DNA of 28,628 nt from Mycoplasmatota bacterium (GCA_022763805.1 JALERC010000013.1:1-28628), one strand, 5' to 3'. Positions 1 through 7,909 are shown, counted from the stretch's first letter. Made by a program: numbers and translations. The notes: a model not told the origin generated them from the letters alone.

Positions 1-133
1 AACAACCATACAACCACACTTAAAATCAAATGCAAATGAGATGAAAATGAATAACAAAAAAACTATAAAAGTTCAACAATTGTAGTAGAAAAATAAAGAA
101 TCTGTGGTATCTTGTTAATGAACCAAAAGGTAT

Positions 134-162
134 AAAAAAAACTAACTCACTAGTGAGTTAGT
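134..162 (-). terminator. Rho-independent terminator downstream of tRNA-Gly (minus strand)
   Basis: Perfect 10-bp inverted repeat actaactcac/gtgagttagt (141-150 and 153-162) with a 2-nt loop. The A-run at 134-140 on the + strand reads as a U-run on the minus-strand transcript. Confidence 0.5.
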
Positions 163-174
163 ATATTACATAAG

Positions 175-248
175 TGGAGCGGGTGATGGGAATCGGACCC
201 ACGTTATCAGCTTGGAAGGCTGGAGTTCTACCATTGAACTACACCCGC
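175..248 (-). tRNA. tRNA-Gly (anticodon UCC), 74 nt with encoded CCA
   Basis: The reverse complement reads GCGGGTGTAGTTCAATGGTAGAACTCCAGCCTTCCAAGCTGATAACGTGGGTCCGATTCCCATCACCCGCTCCA. It folds as a cloverleaf with a 7-bp acceptor stem, a GTTC/GAAC D-stem, anticodon loop CTTCCAA (anticodon TCC), discriminator U73 and CCA. The T-loop reads TCCGATT (C at position 55) and there is a C27-A43 mismatch in the anticodon stem, both non-canonical. Confidence 0.85.
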
Positions 249-266
249 AATTGGTAGGCACTTTTA

Positions 267-294
267 ATTATACTCTAATTAGAATATTTGTCAA
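267..294 (-). promoter_or_regulatory. Sigma-A type promoter driving tRNA-Gly (minus strand): TTGACA-16-TATAAT
   Basis: On the minus strand TTGACA (complement of 289-294), a 16-nt spacer and TATAAT (complement of 267-272) sit about 19 nt upstream of the tRNA 5' end at 248. Confidence 0.5.
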
Positions 295-302
295 TATAAA
301 TA

Positions 303-331
303 TTGAAAAAAATTTAATTTTAGAATATAAT
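303..331 (+). promoter_or_regulatory. Sigma-A type promoter for the DtxR-family regulator/ZIP operon: TTGAAA-17-TATAAT
   Basis: TTGAAA at 303-308, a 17-nt spacer, TATAAT at 326-331, and the RBS AGGAGG at 353-358 ahead of the ATG at 364. Confidence 0.45.
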
Positions 332-333
332 TA

Positions 334-351
334 AGTTAGTCATGGCTAACT
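334..351 (+). promoter_or_regulatory. Candidate DtxR/MntR-family operator: 18-bp near-perfect palindrome AGTTAGtCATGgCTAACT
   Basis: 16 of 18 positions are dyad-symmetric. It lies immediately downstream of the -10 element, over the TSS/leader of the gene encoding a DtxR-family regulator. The TTAG...CTAA half-sites resemble the DtxR/IdeR box TTAGGTTAGCCTAACCTAA. Confidence 0.45.
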
Positions 352-363
352 AGGAGGAATGTT

Positions 364-735
364 ATGAATGAATCATTAGAAATGTATTTAGAAACAATTT
401 TAATACTGTCAAATGAATTAGAATGTGTAAGAGCAATAGATATAGCTAAAAAATTAAATTATTCTAAACCAAGTATATCAAAAGCTATGAATATATTAAG
501 AGAACGAGAATATATAATTATAGAAAATAATAATATAGAATTGACTAAAAAAGGAAATTTAATAGCCAAAGAAATATATGAAAAACATAAAGTAATAACA
601 AAATTTTTAATTAAAACATTAGATTTAGATTTTAATGAAGCAGAGATTAATGCATGTAAAATTGAACATATAATTACAGTTAATTGTTATCAAAAAATTA
701 AAGAAAAAGTAGGTGAAGAAGATGGAAGCAATTAA
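364..735 (+). CDS. DtxR/MntR-family metal-dependent transcriptional regulator (123 aa)
   Basis: N-terminal MYLETI motif and a winged HTH typical of DtxR/MntR (MNESLEMYLETILILS...AKKLNYSKPSISKAMNIL). It has a strong RBS and overlaps the downstream ZIP transporter gene. Confidence 0.8.
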   Translation: MNESLEMYLETILILSNELECVRAIDIAKKLNYSKPSISKAMNILREREYIIIENNNIELTKKGNLIAKEIYEKHKVITKFLIKTLDLDFNEAEINACKIEHIITVNCYQKIKEKVGEEDGSN

Positions 736-1507
736 ATATGTATTATTAGGTACAGGATTATCTTTTTTTGGTACAGTATTAGGAAGTTCTATTGTGTTTT
801 TTTATAAGTCATTGAATAAAAAAATAGAAAGATGTTGTTTAGGATTTGCTGCAGGTGTAATGATGGCAGCAAGTATATTTTCATTAATAATACCATCTAT
901 GAATATATCGACAAAAGCAGGTGATAATGCATTAATACCTGTTGTTACTGGATTAATATTAGGTGGATTATTCTTATTATTTTTAGATAGAATTATTCCA
1001 CATTTACATATTGGAAATAATAAGCCTGAAGGAATAAAAACTAAATTAGAAAAATCATTTTTACTTGTGTTAGCAGTAACATTACATAATATTCCAGAAG
1101 GAATGGCTGTAGGAGTTTCTTTTGCACTCGCAAGTAAAACAGGAGATATAACATTAGCTAGTGCATTTGCTCTTGCAATAGGTATGTGTTTACAAAATAT
1201 ACCTGAAGGAGCTGCTGTAGCACTACCAGTTAAAGAAGCAACTAAAAATAAAAAGGAATCGTTTTTACTTGGTAGTATGTCTGGTATAGTAGAACCAATT
1301 TTTGGTGTTATTACAGTTTTAGTTGTTGGAATTGTATCTAAATTATTACCTTATTTTTTATCATTTGCTGCAGGTGCTATGATATATGTAATAGTTGAAG
1401 AATTAATTCCTGAAAGTATAGATAATGATGGAAACTCTAATATTGGTGTAATAAGTTTTATGATAGGCTTTATTATAATGCTTATTTTAGATATTGCACT
1501 GGGTTAA
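722..1507 (+). CDS. zupT: ZIP-family divalent metal (zinc/manganese) transporter, ZupT-like
   Basis: Tandem HNIPEGMAVG and LQNIPEGAAVA motifs in a polytopic membrane protein. The ORF track starts at GTG 713, but the RBS AGGTGA (711-716) favours ATG 722 (MEAIKYVLLG...). Confidence 0.8.
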   Translation: MEAIKYVLLGTGLSFFGTVLGSSIVFFYKSLNKKIERCCLGFAAGVMMAASIFSLIIPSMNISTKAGDNALIPVVTGLILGGLFLLFLDRIIPHLHIGNNKPEGIKTKLEKSFLLVLAVTLHNIPEGMAVGVSFALASKTGDITLASAFALAIGMCLQNIPEGAAVALPVKEATKNKKESFLLGSMSGIVEPIFGVITVLVVGIVSKLLPYFLSFAAGAMIYVIVEELIPESIDNDGNSNIGVISFMIGFIIMLILDIALG

Positions 1508-1523
1508 GTTCGAATAATTTAAA

Positions 1524-1549
1524 CAATAACAACTTTTTGTTGTTTTTTT
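1524..1549 (+). terminator. Rho-independent terminator after the regulator/ZIP operon
   Basis: Hairpin aacaac(1528-1533)/gttgtt(1539-1544) followed by a T-run at 1545-1549. Confidence 0.5.
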
Positions 1550-1570
1550 ATATACTAATTTTTAGTGTTA

Positions 1571-1579
1571 TGCTATAAT
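1571..1579 (+). promoter_or_regulatory. Extended -10 promoter element TGcTATAAT upstream of the NifU-like/GGGtGRT operon
   Basis: TG at 1571-1572 and TATAAT at 1574-1579, about 28 nt upstream of ATG 1608. I did not find a clear -35. Confidence 0.35.
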
Positions 1580-1607
1580 TGATACGTAGATTTTAGGAGG
1601 TAAAAAA

Positions 1608-2300
1608 ATGGTATATTCAAAAGAAATAGAAAATATGTGCACTGTTAAAAAAGGTGTAGATCATGGACCAGCTCCAATTCCTGAAGAAGGAAAATGGGTT
1701 AAAGTTAAAGAAGTTAAAGATGTTTCAGGATTAACTCATGGTATTGGTTGGTGTGCACCACAACAAGGAGCATGTAAACTAACATTAAATATTAAAAATG
1801 GTATTATTGAAGAAGCTTTAGTAGAAACTATAGGATGTTCTGGAATGACTCATTCAGCTGCTATGGCTGGAGAAATTTTACCAGGAAAAACTATATTAGA
1901 AGCATTAAATACTGATTTAGTATGTGATGCTATTAATACAGCAATGAGAGAGTTGTTTTTACAAATAGTTTATGGACGTAGTCAATCAGCTTTCTCTGAA
2001 GGTGGACTTCCAGTAGGTGCTGGACTTGAAGATTTAGGAAAAGGTACTCGTAGTCAAGTAGGTACTATTTATTCAAGTAAAGTAAAAGGTCCTAGATATT
2101 TAGAACTTGCCGAAGGTTATATTGTTGAAATTGGATTAGATGAAGAAAATCAAATCATTGGATATAAATATGTTAATCTAGGTAAAATGATGGAAAATAT
2201 TAAGAAAGGTATTGAGCCAATGGAAGCTATTGAAAAAGCTAGTGGAACTTATGGAAGATTCGATGAAGCTGTTAAAAAGATAGATCCAAGAGCTGAGTAA
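1608..2300 (+). CDS. NifU/IscU-like N-terminal domain protein (putative Fe-S scaffold-like), 230 aa, with a C-terminal extension
   Basis: WCAPQQGACKLTLNIKNGIIEEALVETIGCSGMTHSAAMAGEILPGKTILEALN aligns to the IscU/NifU core (CGD..., GCGSAIASSS...GKT...EA), with the conserved Cys positions retained. The RBS is AGGAGG. Confidence 0.6.
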   Translation: MVYSKEIENMCTVKKGVDHGPAPIPEEGKWVKVKEVKDVSGLTHGIGWCAPQQGACKLTLNIKNGIIEEALVETIGCSGMTHSAAMAGEILPGKTILEALNTDLVCDAINTAMRELFLQIVYGRSQSAFSEGGLPVGAGLEDLGKGTRSQVGTIYSSKVKGPRYLELAEGYIVEIGLDEENQIIGYKYVNLGKMMENIKKGIEPMEAIEKASGTYGRFDEAVKKIDPRAE

Positions 2301-2311
2301 GGAGGAGTAGT

Positions 2312-3313
2312 ATGGCAGTAACATTTGAAAGTTATGACAGAAGAATTAATCAAATTAAACCAGTAATGGATAAATATGGTATAAAAGATTTTGAAGATGC
2401 ATTAAAAATCTGTACTGATTTAGGATTTAATCCTTATGAAATAGTAAAAGGTGTTCAACCAATTTGCTTTGAAAATGCAGCATGGGCTTATACATTAGGT
2501 GCAGCTATTGCAATTAAAAAAGGTTATAAAAAAGCTAGTGATGCAGCTAAAGCTATTGGTGAAGGATTACAAGCTTTCTGTATTCCAGGAAGTGTAGCTG
2601 ATGATAGAAAAGTAGGACTTGGTCATGGTAATTTAGCAAGTATGCTTTTATCTGAAGAAACAAAATGTTTTGCATTTTTAGCAGGTCACGAATCATTTGC
2701 TGCAGCAGAAGGTGCTATTGGAATTGCAAGAAGTGCTAATAAAGTAAGAAAAGAACCATTAAGAGTAATTTTAAATGGATTAGGTAAAGATGCTGCACAA
2801 GTAATTTCTAGAATTAATGGATTTACTTATGTACAAACTGATTTTGACTTTTTTAAAGGAGAAGTTAGTGTAGTTAAAGAAATCGCTTATTCAAAAGGTG
2901 AAAGAAGTAAAGTTAGATGTTATGGATGTAACGATGTTCGTGAAGGTGTTGCAATCATGCATATGGAAGGTGTAGATGTATCTATTACAGGTAACTCAAC
3001 AAATCCAACTCGTTTCCAACATCCAGTTGCTGGAACATATAAAAAAGAATGTATAGAAATGGGTAAAAAATATTTTTCAGTTGCATCAGGTGGAGGTACA
3101 GGACGTACACTTCATCCAGATAATATGGCAGCAGGTCCTGCAAGTTATGGTATGACAGATACTATGGGAAGAATGCATTCAGATGCACAATTTGCAGGTT
3201 CTTCATCTGTTCCAGCTCATGTTGAAATGATGGGATTAATAGGTATGGGTAATAATCCAATGGTAGGAGCTACTGTTGCTGTTGCAGTTGCCGTAGAGGA
3301 AGCACAAAAATAA
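2312..3313 (+). CDS. GGGtGRT-family protein (uncharacterised conserved family), 333 aa
   Basis: Contains the diagnostic motif SGGGTGRT in FSVASGGGTGRTLHPD. Its length matches the family (about 323-345 aa). It is translationally coupled to the upstream NifU-like gene, 11 nt away, with RBS GGAGGAG. Confidence 0.75.
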   Translation: MAVTFESYDRRINQIKPVMDKYGIKDFEDALKICTDLGFNPYEIVKGVQPICFENAAWAYTLGAAIAIKKGYKKASDAAKAIGEGLQAFCIPGSVADDRKVGLGHGNLASMLLSEETKCFAFLAGHESFAAAEGAIGIARSANKVRKEPLRVILNGLGKDAAQVISRINGFTYVQTDFDFFKGEVSVVKEIAYSKGERSKVRCYGCNDVREGVAIMHMEGVDVSITGNSTNPTRFQHPVAGTYKKECIEMGKKYFSVASGGGTGRTLHPDNMAAGPASYGMTDTMGRMHSDAQFAGSSSVPAHVEMMGLIGMGNNPMVGATVAVAVAVEEAQK

Positions 3314-3326
3314 TTGTGCTTTTTTT
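3302..3326 (+). terminator. Rho-independent terminator after the GGGtGRT gene
   Basis: gcacaa(3302-3307), loop aaataa, ttgtgc(3314-3319), then a T-run at 3320-3326. Confidence 0.55.
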
Positions 3327-3396
3327 ATTATAAAAACAAATATTAATCAAAATAAAAAAGTATTGATTTATAATAGCTTTTTTTAATATACTATAT

Positions 3397-3855
3397 ATGG
3401 TAGGTGATTATGTGAAAAAAATTAGAGATATTATTATAGTTATAAGTATTGTAATTTGTTTAGTAGTAATATATATAGCTAAACAACAAACAAAAAAGGA
3501 GTATAAATATCAAAAAGGGTTCGAGTTATATGTAGATGATAATTTTGATATATATGATGATTTAAAAAGTGGATATCCTATAATGGTTGATTTAGGGAGT
3601 GACTCATGTGCTCCATGCAGAGAAATGAAACCTACATTAGTATTATTAAATAAAGAATTGCAAGGAAAAGCAAAGATTAAAATTATTGATGTTGTTAAAA
3701 ATAAAGATAAAACACAAGGATTTAATTACAGAACACTTCCAACACAAGTATTTTTTGATGCAGAAGGAAACTTTTATAAAGGACATGAGGGAATATTAAG
3801 TAAACATGAAATATTAAAAATTTTTGAAGAAATGGGGTATGACTTTGATAAATGA
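3397..3855 (+). CDS. Membrane-anchored thioredoxin-like thiol-disulfide oxidoreductase (TlpA/ResA/StoA-like), 152 aa
   Basis: N-terminal TM helix followed by a thioredoxin fold with the CAPC active site (SDSCAPCREMKPTL). The true start may be GTG 3412, after the RBS AGGTGA at 3402-3407. A TTGATT-18-TATACT promoter lies at 3363-3392. Confidence 0.75.
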   Translation: MVGDYVKKIRDIIIVISIVICLVVIYIAKQQTKKEYKYQKGFELYVDDNFDIYDDLKSGYPIMVDLGSDSCAPCREMKPTLVLLNKELQGKAKIKIIDVVKNKDKTQGFNYRTLPTQVFFDAEGNFYKGHEGILSKHEILKIFEEMGYDFDK

Positions 3856-4531
3856 TATTTTAGGATACTTAGGAAGTATCATAAATAATAATTATTTACT
3901 AGCACCTATTGTATCACTAGTTGCAGGAATCATTGCATCACTTAGTCCATGTAATTTATCAAGTATTCCTTTAGTAATAGGTTATATTACGAAAAATAGT
4001 AAACATAATTCATTTCTTTTATCTATTGTTTTTTCAATAGGTTCTGCATGTACTTTTGTAGTTTTAGGAATAATGGCAAGTACTTTGAATACGGGATTTT
4101 ATTTTGTTGGTGATTGGTGGTATATTGTATTATCCTTTATTTGTATTATTATGGTTTTAGAATTTTGGGATGTTATTCATATTATTCCTAGTGGTTCTAA
4201 ATTATTATCTAATTATCATGGAAAAGGAATTATTGGAGCATTAATAACAGGAATTTTAGCAGGTTTGGTAGCAAGTCCTTGTTCTACTCCTGTACTAGTA
4301 GTAATACTTACTATTGCAGGAACAAAAGGTAGTATTTTATATGGTGTTATCTTATTAATATATTATTCTATAGGACATTCAGCTCTTGCGATTATTACTG
4401 GTATTAGTTCAAAAAAAGTTTTATTAATTAAACAAAATAAAAATTATAAAATACTTAATAAAATAGTAACATATGGATTTGGTATTATAATTTTACTTAT
4501 GTCATTTTACTTCTTTTATTTAGGTGTATAG
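3839..4531 (+). CDS. ccdA: Cytochrome c-type biogenesis/thiol-disulfide electron transfer protein CcdA (DsbD beta-domain family)
   Basis: Six-TM protein with the two conserved Cys motifs SPCNLSSIP and ASPCSTPVL. The ORF track starts at TTG 3824; the in-frame ATG 3839 is more likely. It overlaps the end of the thioredoxin-like gene, so the two genes are probably co-transcribed. Confidence 0.8.
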   Translation: MTLINDILGYLGSIINNNYLLAPIVSLVAGIIASLSPCNLSSIPLVIGYITKNSKHNSFLLSIVFSIGSACTFVVLGIMASTLNTGFYFVGDWWYIVLSFICIIMVLEFWDVIHIIPSGSKLLSNYHGKGIIGALITGILAGLVASPCSTPVLVVILTIAGTKGSILYGVILLIYYSIGHSALAIITGISSKKVLLIKQNKNYKILNKIVTYGFGIIILLMSFYFFYLGV

Positions 4532-4585
4532 TATGTTATAATTATAATAACAGGTAGTAGATACCGCCATTATGGCAAACAGTTA

Positions 4586-4616
4586 GTCTGTGGGATATAT
4601 TCCTGCAGACTTTTTT
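4586..4616 (+). terminator. Imperfect hairpin plus U-run between ccdA and the P-type ATPase (terminator or attenuator)
   Basis: gtctgtggg(4586-4594)/cctgcagac(4602-4610) with 2 mismatches, followed by TTTTTT at 4611-4616. It sits in a locally GC-rich 97-nt leader. Confidence 0.4.
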
Positions 4617-4627
4617 AGGAGGTAATT

Positions 4628-7090
4628 ATGAAAGAACTTAAAGGTCTCACAAGTAAGGAAGTAAAAGAATTACAAGAAAAATATGGTAAAAATGAATTGT
4701 CTTTAGAAAAACATAAACCATTTATTTTTAAAATATTTGAAATACTATGTGAACCAATGTTTATTTTATTAATTATTGCATCACTTATTTATTTCGTTTT
4801 AGGTGAACCAAGGGATGGAATAATTATGCTTATATTTGTTATAGGTATTATAATGATAGACATAATTCAAGAATGGAAAACGGATAAAACATTAAAAGCA
4901 TTAAAAGATTTATCACAACCTAAAGTAAAAGTATTAAGAGATGGAAAAAAAGTTGAAATATTAAGTAGTAATTTAGTACCCGGTGACATAATGTTTATAT
5001 GTGAAGGTGAAAAAATACCTGCAGATGGATATGTTTTAAAATGTAATGGATTATGTATTGATGAATCATCTCTTACTGGTGAATCTGTAGGAGTTTTTAA
5101 AACCACAGAAGATGATAATAATGATTCATATTTTAAAACTAATTATTGTTATCAAGGAACATTAGTACAATTAGGTACAGGAGTTATTAGAGTTGATAAA
5201 ATAGGAAATAATACTGAATATGGTAAAATAGGTAAAAGTATTGATTCAGTTAAAGAATTACAAACTCCACTTCAAGTACAAACAGATAAATTAGTTATGT
5301 CATGTGCAGTAGTAGCATTTATTTTATTTGTTTTAGTTGGAATATTTACTTTTTTAAATTTAGATGAATTAGAATTAAAAGAAAGAATTATTGAAAGTAT
5401 TTTATCTGGTATTACATTAGCTATGGCAATGATACCAGAAGAATTTCCAGTTGTTCTTACAGTATTCTTGTCCATGGGTGCATGGAGACTAGCAAAGAAA
5501 AATTCTTTAATTAAAAAGTTACCAGCTGTTGAAACATTGGGTGCTGTTTCAGTATTATGTGTTGATAAAACAGGTACTATTACTAAAAACCAAATGGAAG
5601 TAACTGATGTTGTAACAAAAAATAAAGAAGAATTAGCATATATTATGACATTATGTTGTGAGGAAGAAACATATGATTCAATGGAACATGCTATGTTTAA
5701 TTATGCTAGTAAATTAAAAATTAGTAAGAAAGAAATATTAAAACATAAAACTTATAAAAATTATCCATTTGACAATGATACTAAAATAGTAGGTGCAATA
5801 AGAGAATATAAAAATGAAAAAGTTTTGTGTGTGAAAGGTTCTCCAGAGACTGTTATGAATCTATGTGGCATTAATATGGATAAAGAAATAGAAGAAATGG
5901 AAAAAAAAGGATTAAGAGTTATTGCAGTTGCTAAAAAAATAATAAAAAAAGAACTTGAAAATTTAATAGATTATAAACTCGATTTTGTAGGCTTAGTTGG
6001 ATTAATTGATCCTCCAAAAGATAATATTGAAAAAGATATTGAAATATGTAATAAAGCTGGTGTTAGAGTAATAATGATTACTGGAGATAATGGTATCACA
6101 GCATCAACTATTGCTAAATCAATTGGAATTAAAAATGCAGATAATATTATTACTGGAAAAGAATTAGAAGAAATGACTTTTGAAGAATTAAAAGAGAAAG
6201 TTAAAAAAACATCAATTTTTTCTCGTGTAATTCCAGAACACAAAATGAAAATAGTAAAAGCACTACAAGCAAATAATGAAATCGTAGGAATGACAGGTGA
6301 TGGTGTAAATGATGCACCTGCACTAAAACAAGCTAATATAGGAATTGCAATGGGTATGCGTGGAAGTGAAGTGTCACGTGAAGCTTCCGATTTAGTATTA
6401 CTTGATGATAATTTTCATACCATAGTAAGTACTATAGAAGATGCAAGAAGAATATATGATAATATTAAAAAGGCTATTGGATATATATTTGTAATTCATA
6501 TTCCTATTGCATTATCATCACTTATAGGTCCTATGATTGGTATAGAACCTGCATCATTGATGTTACTTCCTCTTCATGTTGTATTACTTGAATTAGTAAT
6601 AGACCCGACTTGTTCAATTGTTCTTGAAAGACTACCTCATGAAGCTAATATAATGAATATACCACCAAGAGACGCTAAAAAACCTATTGTCGATAAAAGA
6701 ATATTATTTAAAAGTATCTTACAGGGGTTAATAATATTTTTATCATCATTTATAACTTATTATTTATTATTAAATAATACTGGTAATCAAGCACTTGCAA
6801 GAACTATGGGATTATTAATTATTGTAAGTTCAAATATTTTCTTAGTTCAAGAAATTAGTAGTGATTATGATTATATGATAACTACATTCTTTAAATTAGT
6901 TAAAGATAAAGTATTAATATTTATTACATTTGCAATAATAATTATATTTATGACTATAATTTACTCACCATTAAATGAGATATTTAAATTACAATTTTTA
7001 ACATTTACACAATTATTATTAGTTGTATTAATTTCATTTATATCTGTAATTTGGTATGATTTTGTTAAATTAATAAAAAGAAACAAATAG
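4628..7090 (+). CDS. Cation-transporting P-type ATPase (type II, Ca2+/Mg2+-type), 820 aa
   Basis: Phosphorylation motif CVDKTGTIT, the TGES actuator motif (SLTGES), MITGDN, the hinge GDGVNDAPALK, and about 10 TM segments including PEEFP in TM4. The RBS is AGGAGG. Confidence 0.9.
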   Translation: MKELKGLTSKEVKELQEKYGKNELSLEKHKPFIFKIFEILCEPMFILLIIASLIYFVLGEPRDGIIMLIFVIGIIMIDIIQEWKTDKTLKALKDLSQPKVKVLRDGKKVEILSSNLVPGDIMFICEGEKIPADGYVLKCNGLCIDESSLTGESVGVFKTTEDDNNDSYFKTNYCYQGTLVQLGTGVIRVDKIGNNTEYGKIGKSIDSVKELQTPLQVQTDKLVMSCAVVAFILFVLVGIFTFLNLDELELKERIIESILSGITLAMAMIPEEFPVVLTVFLSMGAWRLAKKNSLIKKLPAVETLGAVSVLCVDKTGTITKNQMEVTDVVTKNKEELAYIMTLCCEEETYDSMEHAMFNYASKLKISKKEILKHKTYKNYPFDNDTKIVGAIREYKNEKVLCVKGSPETVMNLCGINMDKEIEEMEKKGLRVIAVAKKIIKKELENLIDYKLDFVGLVGLIDPPKDNIEKDIEICNKAGVRVIMITGDNGITASTIAKSIGIKNADNIITGKELEEMTFEELKEKVKKTSIFSRVIPEHKMKIVKALQANNEIVGMTGDGVNDAPALKQANIGIAMGMRGSEVSREASDLVLLDDNFHTIVSTIEDARRIYDNIKKAIGYIFVIHIPIALSSLIGPMIGIEPASLMLLPLHVVLLELVIDPTCSIVLERLPHEANIMNIPPRDAKKPIVDKRILFKSILQGLIIFLSSFITYYLLLNNTGNQALARTMGLLIIVSSNIFLVQEISSDYDYMITTFFKLVKDKVLIFITFAIIIIFMTIIYSPLNEIFKLQFLTFTQLLLVVLISFISVIWYDFVKLIKRNK

Positions 7091-7149
7091 TTTCTTTTTT
7101 ATGTTATACTATAAGTGTTAAATAAAAGTTACGAAGGGAAGTATGTAGT

Positions 7150-7746
7150 ATGTTAAAAAAATTAGGAAAGAAAACATTATTAGTTGGGGGTTGTATCATT
7201 TTACTAGTAACTACTTGTATGGTTGGTGTTGTAACTACATTTAATCAAAAATTTAAGGTTACTGATTTAGGTCTTAAAGATATGTCTGAATTAGTTACAC
7301 AAACATGCACAGTAACTGTAATTCAAGATTCAAAGAAAAACTTAACATTTTTTAAAGATCATAAAATTCCTTTAACTGAAAGTAGACAAATTTTTAGTTA
7401 TGATTTTGATGTAGATGCATCAATTAAGTTTAATAAGATTACTTTTGATGTAGATAATAAAAATAAAATTATTACATTTAATTTACCACATGCGAAAGTT
7501 TATAAAACAACAATTATTTTAGATTCATTTAACTCTTATTATGAATCAGATAGTTTGTTTACTGAAATAGACTTAAGTGAAAATAATGATGCTAAAAAAC
7601 AAATGGCTATTGAAGCAGAAGAAAAATGTATTAAAAATAAATTATTGGAAAATGCTGATAAAAATGCGGAAGAATTACTTAAAGGACTTGTAAAGAGTAA
7701 TTCGAAAATTAAAGATTATAAAGTTTTATTTAAATATAATAATTAG
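7150..7746 (+). CDS. Hypothetical membrane-anchored protein, DUF4230-like (198 aa)
   Basis: N-terminal TM helix followed by a soluble domain. The size and architecture are typical of the Firmicute DUF4230 family. The assignment is from memory of the family and not verified. Confidence 0.4.
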   Translation: MLKKLGKKTLLVGGCIILLVTTCMVGVVTTFNQKFKVTDLGLKDMSELVTQTCTVTVIQDSKKNLTFFKDHKIPLTESRQIFSYDFDVDASIKFNKITFDVDNKNKIITFNLPHAKVYKTTIILDSFNSYYESDSLFTEIDLSENNDAKKQMAIEAEEKCIKNKLLENADKNAEELLKGLVKSNSKIKDYKVLFKYNN

Positions 7747-7755
7747 AGGTGAATT

Positions 7756-7839
7756 ATGAAAAAATTTTTAAGAAAAATTATAGGTATAGTATTTATGGCT
7801 GTTGTATTATACTTTGTATACAAGTATATAACAAGATAA
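7756..7839 (+). CDS. Tiny hydrophobic peptide (27 aa) MKKFLRKIIGIVFMAVVLYFVYKYITR
   Basis: Perfect RBS AGAGGTGA 5 nt upstream, a single TM helix with basic ends, 9 nt after the previous gene and immediately before a terminator. It is not in the supplied ORF track because it is short. Confidence 0.35.
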   Translation: MKKFLRKIIGIVFMAVVLYFVYKYITR

Positions 7840-7842
7840 AAT

Positions 7843-7869
7843 AGTACAAAAAATTTGTACTTTTTTTTT
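7843..7869 (+). terminator. Rho-independent terminator
   Basis: agtacaaa(7843-7850)/tttgtact(7854-7861) plus a T-run at 7862-7869. Confidence 0.55.
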
Positions 7870-7909
7870 AATTTAATACATATAATTTTTTAGAAAGCGA
7901 GGAAAAATT

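Noticed and set aside
134-162. The tRNA terminator palindrome AACTAACTCAC..GTGAGTTAGT shares CTAACT/AGTTAG half-sites with the putative DtxR-box at 334-351
   Set aside because: The half-site orientation is inverted relative to the operator, and the element is followed by a U-run on the tRNA transcript. The terminator explanation is sufficient.
4532-4627. Possible yybP-ykoY (Mn2+) or M-box riboswitch upstream of the P-type ATPase
   Set aside because: The region is too short at 97 nt. The only resemblance is GGUAGUAG against the conserved GGGGAGUAG. Without a covariance-model hit I cannot support it. I have kept it as a low-interest finding about a structured leader only.
4867-6243. Three minus-strand ORFs (4867-5106, 5272-5475, 5971-6243) inside the P-type ATPase gene
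   Set aside because: They are antisense shadow ORFs within a well-supported 820-aa gene. They have no RBS and low-complexity translations.
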